Shown here: positions 6,856 to 15,288 of the stretch, in pieces
Numbering within the stretch: position 1 is the stretch's first letter
Layout: every line of letters starts with the position of its first letter
Origin: a virus
Virus record (IMG/VR): IMGVR_UViG_3300033143_001219
Coordinates: 1 to 64,000 of that record
Length of the DNA stretch: 64,000 nucleotides
Strand: one strand, 5' to 3'
The notes under the pieces: generated by a model
What the model was told of the DNA's origin: nothing
Seen by the model: only the letters and a program-made list of their open reading frames with translations
Database searches by the model: none
Made by a program: the position numbers and the translations under genes

Positions 6856-6909
6856 AGTATCCGGCTTTTAACCGGCAGGTTCCGAGTTCAAGTCTCGGGC
6901 GTCCCACCA
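6833..6909 (+). tRNA. tRNA-Lys(TTT)
   Basis: CCGG-CTTTTAA-CCGG, CCA. Confidence 0.9.
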
Positions 6910-7007
6910 AACAACTAAAAGAGTAAATAAAATGATAGATTTCGTAAATATATGCAGTATATTGGGACACTATTATTATATTTACTCTTTTTTTATCGAG
7001 AAATTAT

Positions 7008-7199
7008 ATGACACCAGAAAGGTACAAAGAATTACAACTATTTAAATCTAAACTAACACAAGAAGAAATTAAAGAAGGCTGGCATTACTGTTTAGAATGG
7101 GATGAAATGCTTTGTCATCCAGAATGGGAAGAGGCGAGAGTTTGTGGATGTGAAGTTAAAGAGTTTATACCCAATACAGGTAATGTAACAAAAATATAG
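7008..7199 (+). CDS. Hypothetical protein
   Basis: ORF track; GWHYCLEWD motif. Confidence 0.65.
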   Translation: MTPERYKELQLFKSKLTQEEIKEGWHYCLEWDEMLCHPEWEEARVCGCEVKEFIPNTGNVTKI

Positions 7200-7272
7200 C
7201 CGAGGTAACTCAGTCAGGCTAGAGTACCGTACTAGTACTACGGTGGCGGAGGTTCGAAGCCTTCCCTCGGCA
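7199..7272 (+). tRNA. tRNA-Thr(AGT), CCA not encoded
   Basis: GCCGAGG/CCTCGGC acceptor; CCGTA-CTAGTAC-TACGG; GTTCGAA T-loop. Confidence 0.85.
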
Positions 7273-7299
7273 CTTTATAAATTAACAAGTGAGAAACAC

Positions 7300-7947
7300 A
7301 TGATAAAACCATATATGAAAGTAATTACAGAAGATTTATATCCATATTTAGTAAGTATTGAAACTGTACCAAATTCGCCAAGAGAATTAAAGTATACTTT
7401 CAAAATTACCAATATGTCAAAACAAGCCTATAAACAACTTTTAGGCTTAACCCATAGATTAAAATGTTGGAGACACGTAAAAACATTTACTTTTACATGG
7501 AATACAGATTCCATAGTATTAAGGGATATGTACAATAATAAGAATAGTGTAATACGAAGAAGTGCACAATTAAAAGATGTGGAAGATATACCATCGGATA
7601 TGCTAGATTATACAATAAATGATACTAAAAGCTGCTGTAAAGGTACAACAGCCCCAATTATGAAAGGAAAAGAAATGAGCAATAAATTTAAAGTAAATTA
7701 TAAAATAAACATTAAAGTTAATGGTAAGGCAATTTCAATTAAAGATCCAATTAATTCTGACGACGCTTTAGAAGTAGTATTAGAATTAAATGAAAGGTTA
7801 AATGCGTTAAATGCTCAATTAAAGAACGTAGAAGCTATTAATGATGATAGTATTTCTGTTAATAAAGTTACTGAAGTTGTAACTAATGAAATTGATGAGA
7901 TCAAAGAATTTATTAACTACGTCAACGATAATATTGAAGAAGAATGA
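7300..7947 (+). CDS. Hypothetical protein
   Basis: Start moved past tRNA. Confidence 0.7.
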   Translation: MIKPYMKVITEDLYPYLVSIETVPNSPRELKYTFKITNMSKQAYKQLLGLTHRLKCWRHVKTFTFTWNTDSIVLRDMYNNKNSVIRRSAQLKDVEDIPSDMLDYTINDTKSCCKGTTAPIMKGKEMSNKFKVNYKINIKVNGKAISIKDPINSDDALEVVLELNERLNALNAQLKNVEAINDDSISVNKVTEVVTNEIDEIKEFINYVNDNIEEE

Positions 7948-8292
7948 AAACTATAATTGCGGGGTCTAGAGAAATAAATGACTTCGCATTAGTAGAAGAA
8001 GCCATTAAGTTGTCAAATTTTAAAATTACTACTGTTGTTAGTGGCGGAGCACGAGGTGTGGACTCATTAGGTGAATGGTATGCAAATAAAAATAACCTAG
8101 AAATAGATAGGTATTTACCAGAATGGAATAAGTTTGGTAGAGGTGCAGGCCACATACGTAATGAACTAATGGCTAAAAATGCAGATGCATTAGTAGATAT
8201 CTGGGACGGTAAGAGTCCTGGCACTAAAAAATATGATTAAAAATGCGCTAACGCACAAATTAAAAAAATATATATATAACACAGGAGAGTAA
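7944..8292 (+). CDS. SLOG-family (DUF2493/YspA-like) protein, apparently frameshifted near the C-terminus
   Basis: IIAGSR, VVSGGARGVD, AGHIRN, WDGKSPGT; the consensus-like tail (KNMIKNA...) continues in another frame after the A6 run at 8226-8231. Confidence 0.75.
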
Positions 8293-8293
8293 T

Positions 8294-9370
8294 ATGAAAA
8301 GAATTGGCTTATATGTTTTAGGCTTAACAGCAATGTTTAATAGTTACGCAGTAACATTAGACGCACCAGTTAGTGTAGAACTAAGTTCTGGTGGTGTAAG
8401 AACATACCTTGTTGAAGATTTCAACAACGGTGGAATTAAAGATTTAATGGTAGCAGATACAGACTCGGGTAAGGTAACTGTTTACTTTGGTGAGAATCCA
8501 AAAGAAGGTTTATACAATGATGGAAAGACACTACCAACATTAGGAATTGCAGCGTACTGGAATCCAGTTAATTTCCTAGTATCAGCAGATTTTGATAATG
8601 ATGGTGATTTAGATGTAGCATTAGGTGCTTATATGTGTGATGGTGATAATCACAACTTCCCCGTTATGTTAAATGACGGTAAAGGTAAATTTACTACAGC
8701 CCCATGTCTAAGACGTGCTGGTGGTAGTACATATATTGATACATATATTAACTTCATGTCTACAGGTGATGTGAACCTAGATGGTAATGAAGATTTAGTT
8801 ATCAGCGTTACTGGTAACTATGGTGAGAAAGGCGTATACTTATATTTAGGTAATGGTGATGGAACATTTAGTGACAGAATAACTGTATATGATGCAGGCA
8901 CTTCAGGGTTCAGACCTATAAATATGGTTGTTGGTGATTATACTTCAGAAGGTATTCCAGATATTATTGTACTATCAGGTATTAGTTTAACTGGTGAACG
9001 CGAAAATACATTATTTATTGGCGACGGTGTTGGAAACTTCACAGAATCAGTATATGAAGGTAATATTGAGTTTACAGACGAGTTTGAAAACGACCCCGTT
9101 ACTGCTTTAGTACGTACATGGAGTACTTGGCATCCAGTAGATGTTCATATTGTTAATGACTTTAATGGCGATGGTTTAACTGACGTAGTTACTTTACTTA
9201 CTGAAGTTGGCAAGAATACAACAGCAGTACTATATTTACAATATACAGGTAACACACCACCTCCAGCTCCAGTAAAAACTAAAGAAGTAGATCCTATTGA
9301 AGTTGAAGAAGTAGAAGAAATTGAAATTGAAGAAATTGAAGAAATTGAACCTGAAGAGGCTCAAGAATAA
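8294..9370 (+). CDS. Secreted FG-GAP/VCBS repeat protein with acidic tail
   Basis: Signal peptide; DFDNDGDLD, DVNLDGNED, LGNGDGTF repeats. Confidence 0.85.
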   Translation: MKRIGLYVLGLTAMFNSYAVTLDAPVSVELSSGGVRTYLVEDFNNGGIKDLMVADTDSGKVTVYFGENPKEGLYNDGKTLPTLGIAAYWNPVNFLVSADFDNDGDLDVALGAYMCDGDNHNFPVMLNDGKGKFTTAPCLRRAGGSTYIDTYINFMSTGDVNLDGNEDLVISVTGNYGEKGVYLYLGNGDGTFSDRITVYDAGTSGFRPINMVVGDYTSEGIPDIIVLSGISLTGERENTLFIGDGVGNFTESVYEGNIEFTDEFENDPVTALVRTWSTWHPVDVHIVNDFNGDGLTDVVTLLTEVGKNTTAVLYLQYTGNTPPPAPVKTKEVDPIEVEEVEEIEIEEIEEIEPEEAQE

Positions 9371-9381
9371 AGGAGAAATAA

Positions 9382-10443
9382 ATGAAAAAATTAATTATAT
9401 TACTAGCTATGCTAGTATCTACTAGTATTCACGCCACTAATTTTGAGCCTCCCGTTGAGGCAGAACTTAATGATGAAGGTGTCAGAACGTATTTAGTAGA
9501 AGATTTTAATGGTAAGGGTGTTAACGATTTAATGGTATCAGACCTATCAGGTTCTGTACGTGTTTATTTAGGCGAAGACCTTGAATCAGGATTATTTAAT
9601 GATAGTCGTGGTATTCCAAATACCAGTATACTAAATAATAACTTAGTTGTCAATGCACTAGCTAGCACAGATTTTGATAATGATGGTGACTTAGATTTAG
9701 CATTAGGTTCTTTTTTCTGTGAAAACTCATTAATTCATTTTGCAGTAATGTTAAATGATGGTAAAGCTAGATTCACTCCCGCACCTTGTGTAGGACCACA
9801 GGATGGTAGATTTACTTATCTTGAAACAGGTGTTGTTGATATTGAAGCAGGTGATTTAAACAGTGACGGTAACGCAGATTTATTAGTTGCTACATTTGGC
9901 GAAGATATTGGTGTATATTCTTATCTTGGTAATGGTGATGGTACTTTTAGTAACAGAGTTCTTGTTTATAAACCTAGAACTACGGCTTTTAGCCCTAAAA
10001 ATTTAACTATTATTGATGTTAATATGGATGGTGCAGTTGATATTATAATTCATACAGGTCTATATTCCCCAAATGAAACTTTATTGTTTGTTGGGAATGG
10101 AGCTGGTGACTTTATACAAACTGCTTGGAATCAAGTTGTACCTGTTGAAGCACCTGAATTCCCAGAAGTTCAAGCTATCGCAGACGCATGGCCAACGGAT
10201 TATTTAATAGATGCACATATCGTTGATGACTTCACAGGCAATGGCCTAGGTGATATTATTACTTTATATACACCAGCAGGTTTAAATACGGGTGCAATTT
10301 TATATGTACAATCCGGAGGGGTAGCAATTCCAACAGATCCAGTAAAGACTAAAGAAGTAGATCCTATTGAAGTTGAAGAAGTAGAACCAGAAGAAGTAGA
10401 AGAAGTTGAAATTGAAGAAATTGAGCCTGAAGAGGTTCAATAG
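9382..10443 (+). CDS. Secreted FG-GAP/VCBS repeat protein with acidic tail (tandem paralog)
   Basis: Colinear with the previous gene; same motifs. Confidence 0.85.
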   Translation: MKKLIILLAMLVSTSIHATNFEPPVEAELNDEGVRTYLVEDFNGKGVNDLMVSDLSGSVRVYLGEDLESGLFNDSRGIPNTSILNNNLVVNALASTDFDNDGDLDLALGSFFCENSLIHFAVMLNDGKARFTPAPCVGPQDGRFTYLETGVVDIEAGDLNSDGNADLLVATFGEDIGVYSYLGNGDGTFSNRVLVYKPRTTAFSPKNLTIIDVNMDGAVDIIIHTGLYSPNETLLFVGNGAGDFIQTAWNQVVPVEAPEFPEVQAIADAWPTDYLIDAHIVDDFTGNGLGDIITLYTPAGLNTGAILYVQSGGVAIPTDPVKTKEVDPIEVEEVEPEEVEEVEIEEIEPEEVQ

Positions 10444-10857
10444 TATTATTGTATGATGTTAATGATAGAGTTATAAGACGCGGGTTCGATTCCCGCCAGC
10501 TCCACCACAAGTATTCTCTAACAAGGTAGCATATTGTTCAGAATATGTTGCGTTAGACAGATATAAATAGTACCTTTAAGCTGAAACCTTATAAAAGCAT
10601 TGGGATTTGAAAACCTCGGTATGTTGGTACTTCATTACTAGAGTGCATAACCTAGTATAGTGTAAGATATTTGAGAATACTTTTGATGGGGCTGCCATGG
10701 CTTCGATTGTAATTGGATAATTAATTGACAATACGTTATCAGACGTAATCTGGTATAAAATAATTGCAAACGATAATGACTTCGCAATGGCTGCCTAATC
10801 TTTAAATAGATTAGAGTAAGCATGGGTTTGGGCTACCTTGAAACAGAAAGCCCACTA
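10443..10857 (+). ncRNA. ssrA: Circularly permuted two-piece tmRNA (acceptor piece ~10443-10507; coding piece from 10688; tag ANDNDFAMAA at 10766-10798)
   Basis: GCGGGTTCGATTCCCGCCAGCTCCACCA precedes GGGGCTG...TTCGA; G3:U70; resume context ATAATT-GCA; tag ends AA-stop. Confidence 0.9.
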
Positions 10858-10862
10858 ATTAT

Positions 10863-10997
10863 GGATGGAGCATGTAGTCATGCATCCTGAGAGTGCTGCA
10901 CAATTTACTATTGATAAGTAAGGGTTGTAAGCTGGGATACTTGCGATGTTATCAGCATTTAGAAAGTAGAAGTCACAGACGGTCTTCCCATCCACCA
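10863..10997 (+). ncRNA. Putative CCA-terminated, tRNA-like stable RNA (~135 nt)
   Basis: GGATGG/CCATCC+A+CCA closing stem with internal hairpins. Confidence 0.55.
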
Positions 10998-11014
10998 CAT
11001 TAAAGGAGAATATA

Positions 11015-11104
11015 ATGATAGTATTAATTATACTTAGTATACCTTGGATATTTTTGCATATTGAACATAGAGTTATATTTGGAGAATGGGAGTTCTTTTT
11101 ATGA
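11015..11104 (+). CDS. 29-aa hydrophobic peptide
   Basis: AAGGAG SD, ATGA overlap with next gene. Confidence 0.5.
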   Translation: MIVLIILSIPWIFLHIEHRVIFGEWEFFL

Positions 11105-11277
11105 AACTTATAATAACAGACAAATGGTTAAAGAGCAAGATTGAAAATTCTGATATGGAAGAAAGCTGCGAGGCAGGTTTTAGACCAACAACAGAGCGAT
11201 TGAAAGAGCTTTGTGACCAAAGTAGAATATTTCTTGAAAATGCAACAGAAGAACAACTAGGGGATTTTCATGAGTAA
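11101..11277 (+). CDS. Hypothetical protein
   Basis: GGAG SD. Confidence 0.65.
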   Translation: MKLIITDKWLKSKIENSDMEESCEAGFRPTTERLKELCDQSRIFLENATEEQLGDFHE

Positions 11278-11644
11278 AATATCATTATTAGAAGCTAAGA
11301 AGATAGTAGAAAATATAGAAGTAAAAGATACCTTTGCATCCTTAATTAATAAGACTGTAGCTGAAGACCAACTAAAATTATATACATATGAAATACTATG
11401 TGAGAAGATATTTGTAGCTGAAAGATATTTTAATCTTGATGCACTATATAACCAAATTAATTGTTTAAAAAGAAAGGAACAATATTATGCCCCATGTAAT
11501 GCTGTATTTTATTACAAAGAGGGTATAACTGCGGAAGATAAACTAACAAATAGAATTATATGGCTTGACATAATATCTCAATTCGAGTTATTAGAAGATA
11601 AGATTGAAAGTATATCTGAGCATATATACATTGAGGTAGATTAA
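11270..11644 (+). CDS. Hypothetical protein
   Basis: Coupled ORF. Confidence 0.7.
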   Translation: MSKISLLEAKKIVENIEVKDTFASLINKTVAEDQLKLYTYEILCEKIFVAERYFNLDALYNQINCLKRKEQYYAPCNAVFYYKEGITAEDKLTNRIIWLDIISQFELLEDKIESISEHIYIEVD

Positions 11645-11913
11645 TGAATTTAAGACCGATGAGAGATAGAGTAGTAATTAAAGCTACCAAAGTTGAAGAA
11701 AAGTCTGGTGGTGGAATTATATTACCAGAAGATGCTAAAAAAACGTCAACAACTGGAGAAGTACTAGCAATTGGTGTACATGAAAAAGATTGTAGTATGG
11801 ATATTGGGGATATGGTACTTTTTGGTAAGTTCGCAGGAACAAATATAAAAGTGCAGAATGAAGATTTTATTATAATGAACATAAGTGAAGTAATAGCAGT
11901 AGTACAAAATTAA
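11644..11913 (+). CDS. groES: Co-chaperonin GroES
   Basis: LRPMRDRVVIK...SGGGIILP...GEVLAIG...GDMVLFGKFAGT. Confidence 0.92.
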   Translation: MNLRPMRDRVVIKATKVEEKSGGGIILPEDAKKTSTTGEVLAIGVHEKDCSMDIGDMVLFGKFAGTNIKVQNEDFIIMNISEVIAVVQN

Positions 11914-11930
11914 CAATTAAAAAATAAGTG

Positions 11931-11959
11931 TTGACTTTATAAGTTAATATTGATATAAT
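11931..11959 (+). promoter_or_regulatory. Sigma70 promoter for the replication block
   Basis: TTGACT-17-TATAAT. Confidence 0.8.
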
Positions 11960-11998
11960 ATGTTTTTAAAATTAAAGAAGTAAAGGAGAAAATTTACA

Positions 11999-12367
11999 AT
12001 GGCAGAATGGAGTGATGAGTTAAAAGAACAGGTAGTTACAGATTATGAAGGCAAAAATCCAACACCTGATACAAGTACGGAAATCGTAAAAGACATAGCA
12101 GAAGATATTGATATGACAGTCAATGGAGTACGCGCAGTTCTAGTACGAGCTGGAGTTTATATTAAAAAGACACCTGCAACGGGTGCCAAGAGTGAATCTA
12201 AAACAGGTAGCACTCGTGTAAACAAGGCAGATGCTATTAAAGCATTAAAAGAAATTATAACAAACAATAGTCTAGATGTTGAGGACGACATCATTGATAA
12301 ACTTACTGGTAAAGCAGCAGTTTATTTCAAAGGACTCTTCGAGGGCTTAACAACTAAGGAATCTTAA
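11999..12367 (+). CDS. T5 D3-like DNA-binding protein
   Basis: W..ELK...PTPDTSTEIVK.IAE...NGVR.L.RAGVYIKK; synteny. Confidence 0.7.
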   Translation: MAEWSDELKEQVVTDYEGKNPTPDTSTEIVKDIAEDIDMTVNGVRAVLVRAGVYIKKTPATGAKSESKTGSTRVNKADAIKALKEIITNNSLDVEDDIIDKLTGKAAVYFKGLFEGLTTKES

Positions 12368-12368
12368 T

Positions 12369-13034
12369 ATGGCTCGTATCCGCAAAAAAGCAGGTGAAAA
12401 TCTTTCAGAACAGAATATTGAAAGAGTAATAACTCTTCTAGATCAAGAAAAACCCATAACTAAAAAAGAAGCGTGTGAGATATTAAATATATCTTATAAT
12501 ACCACTCGGCTTAATAAAATCATTGAAGAGTATAAAGCTACAATGAAGCAGCGTGTCGAGTTGAGAAAGCGTTTCAGAAATAAACCATTAGAGAAGGAAG
12601 ATTTAAAACTTATTATATCTTCATATTTAGAAGGGGTTTCACTTGCTGACATTGCGGATAGTATATTTAGAAGTGTTGCATTAATTAAGAGAACACTAAC
12701 TAAATACCATATTCCTTTAAGGAACGCTAATATTGATTATTGGCATCCGGTAGAAGTACCTTTAGAAGCAATGCAGGATGATTATATTAAAGATGATTTA
12801 GTATTCTCAGCTAGATATAATCAACCTGCTAGTATTATGAAAAAAATTAAAGAAGGGATTTATCGTATTTGGCTTTATAAAGACCATCAGTTTGCATTAC
12901 AACCTTATTATGAATTGTCTGATTTACGACATGTACAAAAGGAGTTAGGTGTAACTATTGCGGATTTCCCTATAGAAGAAATTCAAAGACTAATTTATGA
13001 AGCTAGATTAAAATCAAGGAAAACAAAGAAATGA
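12369..13034 (+). CDS. T5-like HTH-containing protein
   Basis: TKKEACEILNISYNTTRL; synteny. Confidence 0.65.
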   Translation: MARIRKKAGENLSEQNIERVITLLDQEKPITKKEACEILNISYNTTRLNKIIEEYKATMKQRVELRKRFRNKPLEKEDLKLIISSYLEGVSLADIADSIFRSVALIKRTLTKYHIPLRNANIDYWHPVEVPLEAMQDDYIKDDLVFSARYNQPASIMKKIKEGIYRIWLYKDHQFALQPYYELSDLRHVQKELGVTIADFPIEEIQRLIYEARLKSRKTKK

Positions 13035-13492
13035 AATTAAAAAGACACACATGGCATCACCAGCTCTATACATTTTTAGATAGGCACATGTACAATGGAG
13101 ACACCAATGTATGTAAATATATACGTGGTGTAACAACAGGAGCAATTCTAGCATTATTATTATCAATTGTGCTAGCAGCATTCTCACTAGTATTACTAGA
13201 CCCTATTGTAAGTGCATTAGCATACTGGATTACGGGTATATCTTTTGTATCGTTTTTTGGTGTAGCATTTGGAAGTATACTAATGCCATTATCAGCAGGG
13301 TTTGCTATATATGTAGCATTTTCTGTATTTTTAATAGGGTTTGGTATTTATCATGGATATCACTATATTTTACAGAAAGCTAAGCCCTCATATACAGATT
13401 CTAAGCTAAACACGTTTACAGATGTAGTATATGCTAAAATTAAGAGTAAACACGACAAAATTTGTCACAATATTGAATTTACAAATAGGTAA
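13031..13492 (+). CDS. Membrane protein
   Basis: 2-3 hydrophobic segments. Confidence 0.75.
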   Translation: MKLKRHTWHHQLYTFLDRHMYNGDTNVCKYIRGVTTGAILALLLSIVLAAFSLVLLDPIVSALAYWITGISFVSFFGVAFGSILMPLSAGFAIYVAFSVFLIGFGIYHGYHYILQKAKPSYTDSKLNTFTDVVYAKIKSKHDKICHNIEFTNR

Positions 13493-13497
13493 GAAAA

Positions 13498-13761
13498 ATG
13501 AACAAATTCCATATATTAACATACATGAGAAAAAATGGCGATAGCATATTAACTCTAAAGGACGAAGACGGAATCGTTGCAACAACTGACTTTTCTACTA
13601 AATATATTAGGGACAAGAAATATGGAAGGTTCACTATCAAAAAGAACCAAATACTGGTATTCTCATGGACAGATGATAGATTCAGAAATCTAGAAGTAGA
13701 TATTATTAGAAATATCAAAGCTTTAAGCTCACTATTAGGGAATAAACGCGATGAAAGGTAA
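13498..13761 (+). CDS. Conserved T5-like hypothetical protein
   Basis: TTDFSTKYI...VFSWTDD.FR; upstream of ligase. Confidence 0.65.
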   Translation: MNKFHILTYMRKNGDSILTLKDEDGIVATTDFSTKYIRDKKYGRFTIKKNQILVFSWTDDRFRNLEVDIIRNIKALSSLLGNKRDER

Positions 13762-14107
13762 GAAAGGATTTAGAAGTGGTTCTGCTTACAAAACGTACTA
13801 TAAGTTGTACAAATTAGGTAAGTGGGAATCAAATGCAGAGAAAGCATTAAAACGCCATATTAAGGCACAACCTAATGATAAAGCAGCTATTGAGGCTTTA
13901 AATAGGCTAGATCGTAATAGAAAGAAATATACACGGGATAGACAATCAGACGGGCATATTTGTAAAGTAGCCCCAAGTATTGCACTTAGAACTTCACGTG
14001 GTGATGATAGGCTAACGGTTATTCAACAAATGGAAAATATAGGATTCAAATATCGTGGAAGACGCAATAAAAAAACTACTAGACAGAGCGTGGCACGCGT
14101 ACGATAG
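13751..14107 (+). CDS. Basic hypothetical protein
   Basis: ORF track. Confidence 0.65.
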   Translation: MKGKKGFRSGSAYKTYYKLYKLGKWESNAEKALKRHIKAQPNDKAAIEALNRLDRNRKKYTRDRQSDGHICKVAPSIALRTSRGDDRLTVIQQMENIGFKYRGRRNKKTTRQSVARVR

Positions 14108-15005
14108 CGGTAAACCTTTTATGTCAGATGCTGCTTTTGACACTTTAGTAGCAGAATATGGATATGACGATTTTGGCTCGGAGCCAGACATAAAAGCTAA
14201 ACATCTGTATAAGATGTATAGTTTACAAAAAGTGTATGATAGCGAACCAGAACCATCTACAATGCAAGGAATTTCCGTATGCTCGCCAAAGCTGGACGGA
14301 GCAGCCATTAGTTTGATTTATGTAGATGGAACTCTAGTAAATGGAATTACTAGGGGTCGGGACGGTGTCGAAGGTGAAGATATCACACAGAATATATATC
14401 ATTTAGTGCAAACTGAAATAGCACTAAAGAGTATTGTGCAGATTACTGGAGAAGTAGTCTGTGACAAAGAAATAGATAATGCTAGAAACTTCGCAGCAGG
14501 TTCTGTTAGATTAAAAGATGTGGAAGAATTTAAAGAACGCGCTAAGCACTTGAACTTCATTGCTTATGGCTTACAACCCTATCAATGTGAAACTTATGTT
14601 GAAGACATGCATTTAGTTGAAGATATGCGATTCTTTACGGTATTTTCTAATGAAATAGAAGATCAGTATAGAATGGATGGTGAAGTTCATCGTTTAAACG
14701 ATAATAAACTATTTAAAGAATTAGGCTATACAGCAAAGCATCCACGAGGTGCATATGCTCGTAAACAGTCCAGTGATGTTGCTATTGTAGAGACAACATT
14801 ATTAAAGGTTGAGTGGGGAGTTGGACGTACCGGCAAAGTAACCCCAGTAGCTATATTTGAAACTATTAATATAGATGATGCAAATATAAGTAGAGCTACG
14901 CTGAACAATGCGGGATTTATTGAAGAAATGGAATTAGAGATAGGAGATACTATCCTTGTTACAAGAGCTGGTGGTATTATTCCTAAAGTAATAGGGAGAG
15001 TATAA
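14055..15005 (+). CDS. NAD-dependent DNA ligase subunit A (adenylation + OB domains)
   Basis: KLDG, TRG, NARNFAAG, GRTGKVTPV, RATLNN, RAGGIIP. Confidence 0.93.
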   Translation: MEDAIKKLLDRAWHAYDSGKPFMSDAAFDTLVAEYGYDDFGSEPDIKAKHLYKMYSLQKVYDSEPEPSTMQGISVCSPKLDGAAISLIYVDGTLVNGITRGRDGVEGEDITQNIYHLVQTEIALKSIVQITGEVVCDKEIDNARNFAAGSVRLKDVEEFKERAKHLNFIAYGLQPYQCETYVEDMHLVEDMRFFTVFSNEIEDQYRMDGEVHRLNDNKLFKELGYTAKHPRGAYARKQSSDVAIVETTLLKVEWGVGRTGKVTPVAIFETINIDDANISRATLNNAGFIEEMELEIGDTILVTRAGGIIPKVIGRV

Positions 15006-15178
15006 TGGAAGGTTTACAAATGAAATATTTTGTGCTTAGTCCAACTAAGCAGAGCGAATATGGTTCTGCATCTTGCAAAGCCTTGCTAGCCTATGCAGAA
15101 GAGATAGAAATAGTAAATGAAGAGTTGGCTAAAGACTTACGAATGTGGGTATATAATATACAACATGGTAGCAAGTAA
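15005..15178 (+). CDS. Small hypothetical protein (57 aa) between the ligase halves
   Basis: GGAG SD, hand-translated MEGLQMKYFVLSP... Confidence 0.6.
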   Translation: MEGLQMKYFVLSPTKQSEYGSASCKALLAYAEEIEIVNEELAKDLRMWVYNIQHGSK

Positions 15179-15252
15179 TTTTAACCCCGCGCCGACCACA
15201 CCAAATTTTGCAACATTAATCAACTTACACGTTAGCATGTAAAAAATTTGAC

Positions 15253-15281
15253 TTGACATTTTATTAAAAAGTGAGTATAAT
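15253..15281 (+). promoter_or_regulatory. Sigma70 promoter
   Basis: TTGACA-17-TATAAT. Confidence 0.85.
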
Positions 15282-15288
15282 ATACAAA

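Noticed and set aside
1-7272. CRISPR array or prophage att sites among the repeated GGTTCGA/CCAAACAAT motifs
   Set aside because: These are tRNA T-loops and CCA/trailer sequences; no regular repeat-spacer pattern and no integrase.
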